Shown: positions 1 through 11,689 of the stretch, piece by piece
Numbering within the stretch: the first letter of the stretch is position 1
Layout: each line of letters starts with the position of its first letter
Origin: Octopus sinensis
Lineage: Eukaryota
Assembly (NCBI RefSeq): GCF_006345805.1
Contig: NC_043007.1
Location: 76,694,001 to 76,758,000 of the forward strand
Reading direction: 5' to 3'
Length of the DNA: 64,000 nt
Position numbers and translations under genes: made by a program
Notes under the pieces: generated by a model
Told to the model about the DNA's origin: nothing
Database searches by the model: none
The model's input: the letters and a program-made list of their open reading frames with translations, nothing else

Positions 1-3000
1 GATGGCAATGGAATTTGAAATCTGGATGTAAAGGAGTGTAACTATGTACAACAAAAGCAATTAGTCAATGATGTGCTGAATTCACTGCTTTAATTAATAA
101 TAAAGGCGATTATTTTTGTGAAGTATTATAGTATTATTGAAATTATAACAGGCTTTTGTTTTAATTTTTAAAGAATAGACTTTTTAATTTGAAAGTTCAG
201 TTGTATATTTTTTCTATTATTTCTTCTTATAAGATGATTATGTTGCATAATTGTTTATATAGCACATCCATGTAAACTTATACAACTCCTTGAGGCTTAA
301 CCATACAACTTTTTAACATTTATTTAATTTTATTGCTGTTTATGAAAATGTATTGTTTATTATAGCTGCTATTTATCAGTCAGTTATCACAATCACTTGT
401 CTACTTGTGTTGCTATTGTCTACAGCACAGTGATCTAATCAGTTGATTCAGATTAAATCTGTGCTATTGACACATCTAAAATTCAATGCCATTAACGAGT
501 TTAAGATGTAAAAGGATTTCAAAGGTGAATGTAATGTGTGTGTGTTCAGTTGTTTTGTTCAAGTTTTTTTTTTATTCATGCTGCGTCCATTATATCCAAG
601 CTCTTTGCTTACTTAACTGGTAATCCTACTTTATCTGCTTAAATTATTTAATCTCTTCAATGAATTCCTTCCATTCTCCATCATCAGTTGTGTAATTTCT
701 CTCATTGCATCAGTTGCTTAATATTATTTTTACTTTAGCTCTATTACAATTAAACATTGCTTTTTCAAGTGTGTCTTCAAGTGACATATTACTCTTTTTA
801 GCATAAACTTTTCTCTGGTGTCCATGCATCATAGATGTCACACATTCTATTTTTTTCCCCAATCACTGGGTTAACTTCTGACTTGAGAAAGGAAAGCTTT
901 ATTTTACTCAGAACATATGAAACAAGGGCTAACTAAAATTCTGTAAACAAGCATGGATGTTTAAAACAAATTTATGAAAATGCATAGGACTGGTAAAGGG
1001 TTTAACCATTTCTTCCTCAATAAACTATACCTTTTTATTATTCTTTTATTCTTTTACATGTTTCAGCCCCATACCTGTGGCCTTGCTGGCTGTGTCTCTT
1101 GATTTCATTTTTCCTTTGAAATATTCTGACATTTTAGTTTTTGCTTATCTGTATTTTCATAAATACTTAGGAATTACATTAAAATATAAATATGAAGTGT
1201 AAATTTTTAATCGGAGAAAAATATTCAAAGTATTATTAATGACTTATTTAATAATAACAACAAAAAGTCTCCAAGAGATTAGACCTGACAACAGATTTGT
1301 TGTCATCATCTTCTTAGTCATTGTTATTGTCAATATAAATATTTTAATAATTTTAATATATTTTTGTTTTTGGAAACAAGCTGTATATTGATATCACACT
1401 TGTCTGATTTTATTTATTATATGTTACTGGTTTGAGTAATTGCACTGTGAGCATACTGACAATAGAATGTCAAGGTGCTTCTTTACTGTATTCGTATTTA
1501 AACCTTGTATATCTTCTATTGAAGAGGATCTCTTATTTTAAAGGAGGATATTGACAAGCTTTGATATTTTGAAACCTTGTCAGTTTCGGTACTAAGCCTT
1601 TATGTGCAGATGAAGGGGTGGAATGTTTGGCAATAAGCACCAATGTCCAGTTCAGGAATCTGTAACTTTCAGTTTGGTTATAGAACCTCCCAGATCTACC
1701 AGATAAATATTTCTGCACCTTACTCCCTTTATTTCAGCTGCTGCATGGAAGTAAATTTTTTGTGTAAAATATTTGGTCTGTTTCCAATTTTGTAGTGATC
1801 ATGGCACTTTTACGTAACTATAAAGGGCTGTGAAATAGCAGAATAAGTAGAGGAGTAAACAAAATACTATGTAGTATTTAGTCATATCTCTATGTTTTAA
1901 GTTCAAATATTGTTTGGATAACTTTGCCTTAAATTATTGCAGGATTGATAAAATAAGCACCAGTCAAGTTAGGGTGGGGATGCAGTTGAATCTTCTATAC
2001 TTGCTCCCTGAATCTGAGGCTTTGTGTCAATATTACAAACCATTATTAGTCAGTTAGAGTTGGTACAAATAATTTTTGCAATATTCAACCTTTTGCTTGT
2101 TTGTCCTATTTCATTTTTATTTCCACCAAACTTTTAATTAATTTCACTTGAATATTAATTTTCTGGGGGCTTACTTCTAGCTAGAATAGTTGAATTCTAC
2201 CATGATACATAACCTATATTATAAATACTCTAAATTTTAGGTCAGAGAGGGATCTCCTTTGAAGGAAAGTGAACCTGTGAATAAACTGACTGAAAATATT
2301 TGGTTCTTCTTTGCTCACTAATTTCAATTTTGTTCCAGTTTAACTAACAAATTGTTAGTAAGAACCCCTACAGTTCTTATAATTCTGAAGTTGTATTCTA
2401 TGAAGGTTAAGCAGCTCTTTAATCCTATATAAGACTAATGAAATATAATATTCATATACTGGCATAATTGTTAGTATCTATTGCATTACCAAATGTTTGA
2501 GTACTCTGTACCATAGGAGGAGAGGTCTGGTATTATTTGGATCTGACCAACATTATAACAACATTATGTTAGAAAATTACGATTTTATTGAAAGTTTTTA
2601 GACATAAAGTGCAATATCTATGTATTGCCGACTCAATTTGATACTAAATTTGAAAAGAATAAATTGGTAATATGAAAGAAAATCATTTTTCTTTTCTTTT
2701 CATATTCTTTTCATTTAACCAGTTATGTAATACAACAACCAACAATGGGATAGTATTGTTTACAACAAGAACTTTGTGAATTGAAACTGGGATATTTTAT
2801 TACCTTTCACTTGACTTTAATGCACCTATTCTTCAAAATTACTGGTGTGTACATCGTGTGTGTGTGCACGTGTGCACATGAGCATGTTTGTATATGTACT
2901 ACACAAAATGCTGCTGGGTGTAGGTTGATTTAAAAACTAACTGTAATAGTAAATTGATCAAAGACATCAGTATTTTCTGTGCTGCAATTGCTGTAAAATA

Positions 3001-4021
3001 TATCTGATTTCATTGACAGTTTCATCATAACCTTTGATTGATAAATATACTTTAATGGTGCAACAAGCACTTTACTAACTTACTTTTATAGAGATGATGA
3101 AAGTCATCTTGCAATACAACCTTTCATGTACACACATATTGTATATATGTGTATGTATGTAGGTGTGTTTGTGTATTCTTGGCAGTACAGGATATGGGAA
3201 TAGAGCCAAACTATTCTGGTAGTTTCCAGAAGTAGAAAGCAAACAGTATAATAGAATATTAAGTACAATTGCCAAGTTTTAGAGAAGCTATAAAATAATA
3301 TTGGAAAGTAAAATGTGTGAGTGAATGTGCATGCCTATAAAATATATGTATGTGTTTACACGTATGCTCACACTTTTGTACTTTAGGAAATCTGATTTTA
3401 TAAGCTGACGTCTCTAAATTGTAAACCAATTTTAACAACCCAGTGTCTGTATTTGCAGTGATCTGCTGTGGTTTTTGAAAGGATTTTGTTATTGATTGAG
3501 TCTCATATTTAAGATATATTCATTTATGCTTTCCAAACCATTTGCTTCTCTTATATGTTCTTAATCACAGAAGGATTGAATATATACTGTTGAAGCAACT
3601 GAATACTGATTTATCCAAGAGCTTGTTTGACTGCGTGTAATAATATTTTATTTTGTAGGAAGTAAAAAAAATAAATAAATGTAATTTAGCAAACTAAATG
3701 TCCAAACTGATCAAGGATGATTACAACGAAGATGTCAACAATTACTACTGCACTAAAGCTAAGTCACTAAGCTGTTCCATGTTGTGGTCTGCAAACATAT
3801 TTTATTTGCTCTGTTCTAGTTCCATGAAACTTGCAAGTAATTGTTCTTTACAATAATGACCACCATTTAGAAATATGTTGCTGCTGTCAAGTGATTTTGC
3901 AGATTTAGTTATGTCTTGATATGTTCTGAGTTTACATAAAGTACAAGTAATATGTCAGGGATCAATCTAATTGATCCCTGCCCTCAAATTCCTAAATTAG
4001 AAACCATTATAGTTGTTAGTT

Positions 4022-4092
4022 GTAGTAGTAGTAGTAGTTGTAGTAGTAGTAGTAAACTACTACTACTACTACTACTACTAATAATAATGATA
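4022..4092. repeat. Inverted microsatellite (GTA)n-(CTA)n followed by (AAT)n
   Basis: Read directly from the sequence. Confidence 0.95.
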
Positions 4093-6504
4093 ATAAATGC
4101 TTCTGTTCAAATAATTGCTTCATACAATTTCATATAATGAAGATGATGTCAGTTAAATAATGAAAAATAGTCAGTTTTGAGTGTAGAAAACTCTACTATT
4201 TATATTTTTATATAAATATAGCTTTCAGATTCTGCTTTATTGCATTATTTAGCTTTGTGCTTTTTATTACACATGGAGATAATAAAATTGTGATGCGTAA
4301 CAAACTATGTACAACAAAGTTTTAGAGTAATTTTGCTTAGGCTGAGTTTCAGAATTATTTATAGACAGTAAACTTCTGAATTAATATGTAAAATTTATCC
4401 CAGTGCAAAGTTAGCTAATTAAATAGTGGCAGAGACAAGATACTTCATGAAGACAATAACACTTAATTTTTTAAAAAAAAGTATGTAACTGATATTTCTT
4501 TAGCTGAAATATTCTATGCTGTGTAATTAAGAAAAAATATTTTAATTTGATGTTTGCATTTTTATTTTATGTTGTTTGATGCAATTTAAATATTGCTTTA
4601 GTCTGTAATTTTTGAGATTTTTACCTTACATTTTCAAGTCAGTTTTAGACAGACATCTTGGTATTAATATCTCATAGTGGTTGCTTTTACAATTATCATA
4701 TGGAAAAATATTATAGCTCTTTAGAGGAATCAAAGAATATTCTCTGAGGCCAACTCCAAACTGTTTATAAAAGAAGATTTTTGATATGGTGTTTATTTTT
4801 TTATCGCCTTTTGAATTTTTCTTTCTTGTGATGTAGTTGGTTTGTTTTCCTTCATAAATCTTTCGTAAATATGTGACTTTTCATTTCTTATCTTTGAAAT
4901 TACTGATGACATATGTCTCTAAAAATGAAGATCAAAACTATTAGTCCATGTATATATTTATTCTATTTTTTATTGTTTGTCTGACTGAACAATATTGATA
5001 AAATATCTCTTCCTCTACATCAAATTAAGTTCTGCCATAAAGTTGTCAGAAAAATAAAACTTCATTTGAATATGGTTTTCCATTTCAGCGCCTGAAGAAG
5101 AAGACCTTGTAGAGTATAAAAATTGATAGTGCTATTTTTGAAGAGTAGAATCTGTATTAAATATGAGAAAAATATTGCATGGTTGGGAATTAAAGCTTTG
5201 TGGTTTAGGTTATATATTTACATAATTTACACCTTGCTATGGTGATGCGGAAGAGAACTGATGTTGAGAAATCACTGCATTGAGGAGTATTAACTGGATT
5301 TGCTGTTAAACAGTTCAAGATTTTTAAAATGAAAGATGCATGTTGGCTGTCAGTTCCTAAATAATCTATCATCTGTGTAACTCTGTATACAAGTTATATT
5401 CTGTTTCAGCACTAATATATATTCAGCACTAATTTCACTCACTCGTATGCATATGACAAAATCCTTCTTTCTTTTCTATTCTTTAAATCCTGTATTTTAT
5501 TCCTTGCTAATATAATTTTCTGTTTCTGATATTTACATTGAGGAATTTTACCATATCTGTTAATGATATCCAACTGTCTAATAACATTTAATGAAATCAA
5601 ACAAGCATTTCTTATTTCAGAGTGAAAAAAAAAACCCTGCATTACATACTTTTCTTGAACAATTCTCAGATTAAATATTAGTCTTTGCTACATCCCTTTT
5701 GGGACTCAGATCCTCAGTGCCTTTTTGTGGATGAACCATTTTTTTTATATCGCATTTTAGTGTATTTAAGCTTTGTTTTTAACCCTTTTGATATCAGTCT
5801 GCCTCAGACTGTGTACTAATAAGATTTAGAAAAATGAAAGTGATTGAAGAATAAACTGAAGATTAAGTAGTATATTAAATGCTTGTAGTTGTTGGTATGT
5901 GAAGGTTTGTTGTCAATTTGATTTCACTCTTCACTTATTTGGTATTTTGATTTTAATCTTTATACGTAAGATAGATTTATTAAAAGGCTGAACAGAAATT
6001 CCTACCAATTACAGTAGACTTATAAAACCAATTTCTCTCTGTTTTCTCTTTTAATTTTACTAATAATTGCTTATTTTATACAAGTCCTGTTGAAATATAT
6101 TGAAGTGGCTTGTTAGTGCATGTAGTTTCTAGGCATGTTAATAATTTAGGATTGGTTGCTGACTTCATTGTTAGATGTGGCACAACTATAGGATTGGTAT
6201 CTATATTAATTTATGACTGATTATTTAGAGCTACCCCTCATTGTAGTGGTTGTATTTGTGGAATAGCTGCAGTATTTTATGAGAACTATCATTTTCATGT
6301 TCATATTTTATTGAATTAATTACAGAAGCTTGACATAAATTAAAGCCTTTAATGCCATTGCATTACATTTAGCCAGCACTTTTTACCTCCTGAAATTTAA
6401 TTTTATATGAATTAAAAGATTAGATTATATTTCTTAGCATTGATTTATAAATATATTTCTATTTGGTTTAAAATACATATACTCACTCTTATATGTGTGT
6501 GTGT

Positions 6505-6912
6505 ATGGCTGTGTTGTTAAGAAACTCACTTTGCATCCATGTGCATAACACACTGGACAAATAATTTCTAGTTATAGCCTTGATCACAAAGCTGACCAAT
6601 GCCCTATGGATGGAATTGGTAGATAGAAACTATTGGAAGCCTGTTGCATGCATGCACACATGCATGCACACATGCATAAATGTTGACATTTGGTGGCTTT
6701 GCTTGTCACTGTCAGCAAAACAGTGATGATACTTACATTCCTTGTTGACATTGTGTCTAGTTTCTCTGTGTTTTTAAAGACCACAGGAATTTTTAAAATC
6801 CTGTTTATTGAAAAACAAGTGTTGGTAACAGGAAGGGTATTTAGCCATTAAATGCTTCTTCAAACAAGATCCTGCCCAATCCGTGCTAGCATGGAAAACA
6901 TTAAATGAATGA
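6505..6912 (+). mobile_element. SINE family A head with RTE-like tail
   Basis: Decayed tggctgtgt..gttaagaa head; the 3' end cccaatccgtgctagcatggaaaa matches the tail of the adjacent RTE LINE. Confidence 0.6.
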
Positions 6913-6927
6913 TATATTAGTGTGTGG

Positions 6928-7590
6928 GAGATCATCATTTTATCAATTTTACATCTGCTTTTACATGATGGCATGGATTGGACAAGTCAGTATCAACACA
7001 TCTCTCCACTTGTTACAGTCCTTTACCATTTCCTTCATAAGACTCAGCTTCCTGAGATCTGTCCACACCTGTCATTCTTTTCTGGCAATTTTTCATCCAG
7101 CTGAGTTTTTGTGTGTCCATTGAGTGCATTTAATTAACAGTATAGAGTTCCTATACACTCTTCATTGAAAATTGAGCATGGCCACTTCCCAGTTGGTAAC
7201 AGTGATAGTTTTCTAGCAACTAAAACTTTTGTCTTTCCTAAATTAACCTTTAAGATTCTTGACTTTAGATGCTGTTTCTGCATTTGGAATTTTTGTTCTA
7301 CTTGTTAACTGATTTGGGTGTAAGAACTTGATCATTGGTATACAGAATTACAAATAGAGAGCCATTTATGGCCTGGAAAACCATAATAAACATGGGGTAT
7401 ATATGCCACAAACTGAGCCTAGGCAGACACTTCAGTGATCCTAATTTCTCACTGAGCTTGTTGCTAACCTTTAATTTGTTGGCATCCCTGAACATGGCTT
7501 CTCTTGGTCTTGCAAGCCAATCCTCTACTGCCAGTGTCTTAGTGACCATTAGGTTACAGAGCATGGTATTCTGTTAGAGGCTTTCTTCAA
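6928..7590 (-). mobile_element. RTE-clade LINE 3' fragment with internal deletion
   Basis: The minus strand gives decayed KNLKVNLGKTKVLVARK...PTGKWPCSI (RT C-terminal region) and ends in a GAT-type tail near 6930. Confidence 0.75.
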
Positions 7591-7660
7591 ATCAGAAAAT
7601 GCTATGTGTGTGTGTGTGAGAGAGATAGAGAGAGTGTGAGTGAGCATATATAATGTATGT

Positions 7661-7860
7661 GTGAAGGCAAATGGCTTAGTGGTTAGGGTATTTGGCTCAT
7701 GATTGTAGGGTTGTGAGTTTAATTTCCAGCAGCACATTATGTCCTTGTGTCATGGTGCTCTAGTCCACTCAGCTGACAAAAATGAGTAGTGCCTGTATTT
7801 GAAGGGGCCAGCCTTGTCACACTCTGTGTCATGCTGAATCTTCCTGAGAAATATGTAAAA
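7661..7860 (+). mobile_element. tRNA-derived SINE, ending at the Penelope junction
   Basis: TGGCTTAGTGGTTAGG A-box head; same head as the copy at 38640-38892. Confidence 0.7.
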
Positions 7861-8082
7861 AGCGGGTGGCGTGTGTTTCGGACATGCAAGCTCCATTTAG
7901 CAGGCATAAATTTTTATCCCTGCATGAACAGCTGGTTTCGTATTGTGGTTTTTGTGTGTTGTGTGCAATTATATTTTTAAAATTAGTAGTTGAGCTGAAA
8001 CTGATTTTTAAGTTGTGTCTATTGAAGAGCTTTCTGTAAGTATGGTTGACTTAGACATTTTCCAGTCTTACAGTAAGTATGT

Positions 8083-8658
8083 AACCATACTTACAGAAAG
8101 CTCTTGAATAGACATAACTTAAAAATCAGTTTCAGCTCAACGACCAATTTTAAAAATATAATTGCACACAACACACAAAAACCACAATACAAAACCAGCT
8201 GTTCATGCTGGGATAAAAATTTGTGCCCGCTAAATGGAGCTTGCATGTCCGAGACCATCATTTATGAAGCCACCGTGTCCTCTATATCCACTAAGGACAC
8301 GGTTTTGACGAAGAAATACGTGGGCCTTACAGAGGGTAATTTCAAGGCCAGGTTCAATAATCACACCTTGAGCTTCAGGCACTGGGATAAAAGGAAAACA
8401 ACCAAGTTATCCAGTCATATATCGTCCTTAAAAGCTAAAGGTGTCAATTACAACATCCATTGGAAGATCTTAGCCAAGTGTAAGCCCTACACCAACGACA
8501 GTGGAAAGTGCGGTCTATGTGATATGGAAAGATGGCTCATCTGGAAAAGCAGCTTAGACCCTGCTACATGTCTGAATTCAAGACCTGGACTTTTCAGTTC
8601 ATGCCCTTATGTGGCTAAATATTTGTTTCATTTTTGGTCCCACCGAGATTACAGATAG
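8083..8658 (+). CDS. C-terminal GIY-YIG endonuclease of a Penelope-like element (possibly Naiad/Chlamys-type); RT absent, probably a TE remnant
   Basis: Open frame with CSC..CPLNGAC linker, IIYEATV...KKYVGLTEGNFKARFNNH (GIY-YIG core), KCGLCDMER and CLNSR..L...C, all typical of PLE endonucleases. Confidence 0.85.
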   Translation, partial: NHTYRKLLNRHNLKISFSSTTNFKNIIAHNTQKPQYKTSCSCWDKNLCPLNGACMSETIIYEATVSSISTKDTVLTKKYVGLTEGNFKARFNNHTLSFRHWDKRKTTKLSSHISSLKAKGVNYNIHWKILAKCKPYTNDSGKCGLCDMERWLIWKSSLDPATCLNSRPGLFSSCPYVAKYLFHFWSHRDYR

Positions 8659-8799
8659 AACTTGCTTTCTATATTGTGTCCACGTACAAGCTTTTTATCT
8701 CTTTATACTTTTTTCTTATATTTCTTATATATTTTTATATATATTTATATATTTTTTATACATATATTTTGTACATATTTATAAAGATATTGGTTTATA

Positions 8800-9330
8800 G
8801 GTTTATTGCTTATTCATTTTTTACACTTAATTTTTCTGTATTCTACCTTCTACCCTGCATTTTCCCAGTGCATATATAGATGTGTATATGGAATCCTGTG
8901 TGTGTGTGTGCACATGTGGATGTATGCGTGTGTGTGCGTATATAGATGTGTGTGTGTGTGTGTGTGTGTGCATGCATGCATGTGCATATATACACATATT
9001 TTACTCATTTTTTTTACACATTTTCCTGCATTTTTGCCTTTAGCCCTGTTTTTTCTTGTGTATGTGCGCATATAGACATGTATATGAACATTTTTGTGCG
9101 TGTGTGTGTGCATATATAGACATGTGCGGGTATGCGCATATTTAGACGTGTGTTTGTGGGTACATACGGGTATGTGCGTATATAGACGTGTTTTACTCTT
9201 ATTGCTTATTTTTATAATCCCTTACACCTTTTTTCTGTATTGTTGCCCCTAGCCCTGATTTTTCTTGTGTTTGTGCATATATAGACGTGTGTATGAACCT
9301 TTTTGGTGCACGTGTGTGTCTGTGGGATTG
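8800..9330. repeat. Three degenerate ~200-bp tandem units rich in TG/TA microsatellite
   Basis: Recurrent ttacac..tt(c)tgtatt/ctgcatt...ccctg...gcatatatagac/tgtgt blocks near 8820, 9015 and 9222. Confidence 0.6.
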
Positions 9331-9366
9331 TATATATATATATATATAATATATATATATATATAT

Positions 9367-9655
9367 CACGTGATCATGTGACCAACCAGACCATCAGATG
9401 CTGTTACACATCACTGGTCACAATGCGTTCGCTTTGTTTTAGCCTTTGAATGACGCCACCCCGCTGGCTAAGCGAGCAGGCCAACAGAAGAAAGAGTGGT
9501 GAAAGAGTACAGCAGGGATCACCACCCCCTGCCGGAGCCTCGTGGAGCTTTTAGGTGTTTTCACTCAATAAACACAACGCCTGGCCTGGGAATCGAAACT
9601 GCGATCCTACGACCACGAGTCTGCTGCCCTAACCACTGGGCCATTGCACCTCCAC
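9367..9655 (-). mobile_element. Relatively young tRNA-derived SINE inserted in the Penelope 3' region
   Basis: Minus-strand head GGTGCAATGGCCCAGTGGTTAGGGCAGCAGACTCG...GTTTCGATTCCC with A and B boxes; CpGs retained. Confidence 0.85.
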
Positions 9656-9940
9656 ACACATATATATTTTGTCAAATGGTTCAGGTGAGAATGTGCATGT
9701 TTCAAGTGAGGGTGGATAAGTGCATACTTTTAGGTGCATGTACGTGGGTGTGCGGGCACGCATGTGTAGGTATGGACATGTGTGCTTACGTGAACACTAT
9801 GAACTTTTTTACCCCCTTACTTTTACCCCCTCCCCTCACTTAGCGGTCATTCAAATAGCTCTTTTGTCTTAATAACAGTCAATCATACAGTAGTTGCCCT
9901 TTGTTTAACGGTCTTTTTCATAGCATTTTTTCCAAAGGCT

Positions 9941-10007
9941 GGATAACTGGCGGATAACTGGATGGCGGCGTGGACTTCCACTCCGGCATCCGAAACTGAG
10001 TTTTATC
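9941..10007 (+). ncRNA. Degenerate type-I hammerhead-ribozyme-like fold in the Penelope terminal region (probably inactive)
   Basis: GATAA (9942-46) pairs with TTATC (10003-07); GGATG (9960-64) pairs with CATCC (9987-91); followed by GAAAC-TGA-GTT. The core reads CTGGCGG instead of CTGANGA. Confidence 0.4.
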
Positions 10008-10879
10008 ATGGCTACTGAATAATTGTCACATATTACATTTCAGATATATATATATATATATATATATTTCCCTTTAGAGATAGTAGGCCCCTTCATCCCA
10101 CCATATTAAAGAATTTTAATTCGATTTAATACTTACTACACGTGTTTCTTGAGGTTCATTTTCCGGTTCCTTAACCACACCATATTTTCTTAAAATATAA
10201 CCCCAATCATCAGGCCTCTTCATCATTTTATCATAGTTTGATACTAAAAACTATATTTTAATTTTAAACATGTAAGTATGTGTATGTGTAAATAGTTTCG
10301 CTGGACCTTACTGTACAAGCCATAATTTAATTCAAATAAAAAATTATAAATAAAAATAAAGATAAAAAATGCGAATAAAAAATAAATAAAATGTATTTCA
10401 CCCTCTTCCTCTGCCTGTATTTACACTGGATTTCATTAATACCTCCGACATGTGATGTTAGAAACCACATGTCAGACACTGTTACACTTTTACTAGCTAA
10501 GGTTGGATTGACCTAGAAATAGTATTGAACTTGAAAAAAATATATATACTAATGAGCTTTATCTTAATTATGTTTGTAACTTTTCTACCTTGACTGATGT
10601 TGGTTGTTAGTCGAGATTTAGTTTGCCACTTATTTTATAAAGTTCAGTTTTCCCAATTTAGCAGATCTAAGAGAAATAGTTATGAGGATTACCTCTCTCC
10701 AAAAAACTATTTTGATTAAAATACTAAAAAGGGAAGTTGATCAAGTGTGTGTATTCATTTTATTTTATTTATTTATTTTACCTTATCTCTGATAAAACAG
10801 CAGGAAGTAATTCTTTTTAATATCACAAGAGAAAATTCCATGAGAGGTTAGCATGGAGAAGTGTTGATTTTTCTTAAGA

Positions 10880-11400
10880 TTGAAACTTTGTTGCTCTTTA
10901 TGTATATAGTTTTGTCTGGAGGAAGTGTTGTGCTAATGGTCTTAGCATATCCTCCGAGAACAGTGTATCTGACGTAGTTAACATTCTGATTGAATATTTG
11001 CCATTTAGTGACTGCAGAAAACCCAGGTTGAGGGAGGAAATTCCAGCAGGTTGATGCAGATGGAGGAAATTCCAGAGGGTGACGATGATGGAATCAAGTC
11101 TTCCTGAGTAGTTCTGGGAGTGAAAGTAAAAAGAGGAAACAGTATATCTGTAAGTCAGAGGCTGGAGTGTGATTGTGAGTGACTTTATGGTAATTAGTGT
11201 TAACAAGTGGGCTTTCTTTGGATGTCAATGAGTGTTGCAGCAGCCCTGTCTCAGATGTTGCTACAATACTCCATTGTGGTTCTCATCTGATCTTTGTAGA
11301 GAGCTTTCAGTTGTTGGAGGCTGAAATATTTTCTGGTTCTAAAGAGAAAGACTATACTTTATTATCGGGTTTTGGCTGTGTTTGTGTGTAAAAAGAAATT
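10880..11400 (-). mobile_element. CR1/L2-group LINE 3' fragment
   Basis: Minus strand RTRKYFSLQQLKALYKDQMRTTMEYCSNI*D...IKSLTITLQPL matches the LYK..RP..EYCS.IW post-RT motif. Confidence 0.75.
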
Positions 11401-11689
11401 GGTATATTGTTTAGTTGACCCAACTAAATTAAAAATTGAGTTCTTGGTGTAACCACCAAACAGTTTTAATTTAAGTTAAAAGATATTGGTTACTTTTTAA
11501 CAGTGAACCTAACTAGAATTCTGCTTTCCAACCATATGATTTTGGGTTCAGTCCTATTGTGCAGCATCTTAGGCAAGTTCTATTGCTCCAGGCTAACCAA
11601 TGCTTGTTAGTGAATTTGGTGGATGGTAATTAAAAATAGCCTGTCATATAAAATATAGGTTTATTTGTGTCTGTATGTATATATATTTT

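Larger units (their letters stand above)
7878..10050 (+). mobile_element. 5'-truncated Penelope-like retroelement with inverted 5' duplication, microsatellite-rich 3' region and an inserted SINE; right boundary uncertain
   Basis: Contains the GIY-YIG ORF 8104-8658. 7878-8047 is the reverse complement of 8083-8252. A hammerhead-like fold lies at 9941-10007. Confidence 0.8.

Noticed and set aside
1-41. Open frame WQWNLKSGCKGV* at the window edge
   Set aside because: Too short and has no context.
8609-9113. Track ORFs rich in CV, YI and HT dipeptides, and similar ones elsewhere (e.g. 3952, 18869, 29081, 34044, 47505, 49801)
   Set aside because: Translations of microsatellites, SINEs or LINE antisense strands; not genes.
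9575-9655. tRNA-like sequence on the - strand
   Set aside because: It is the head of a SINE with a contiguous body and no complete cloverleaf; the same applies to the other SINE heads.
10447-10488. Small hairpin gacatgtg...cacatgtc
   Set aside because: An 8-11 bp stem is too short to assign a function.
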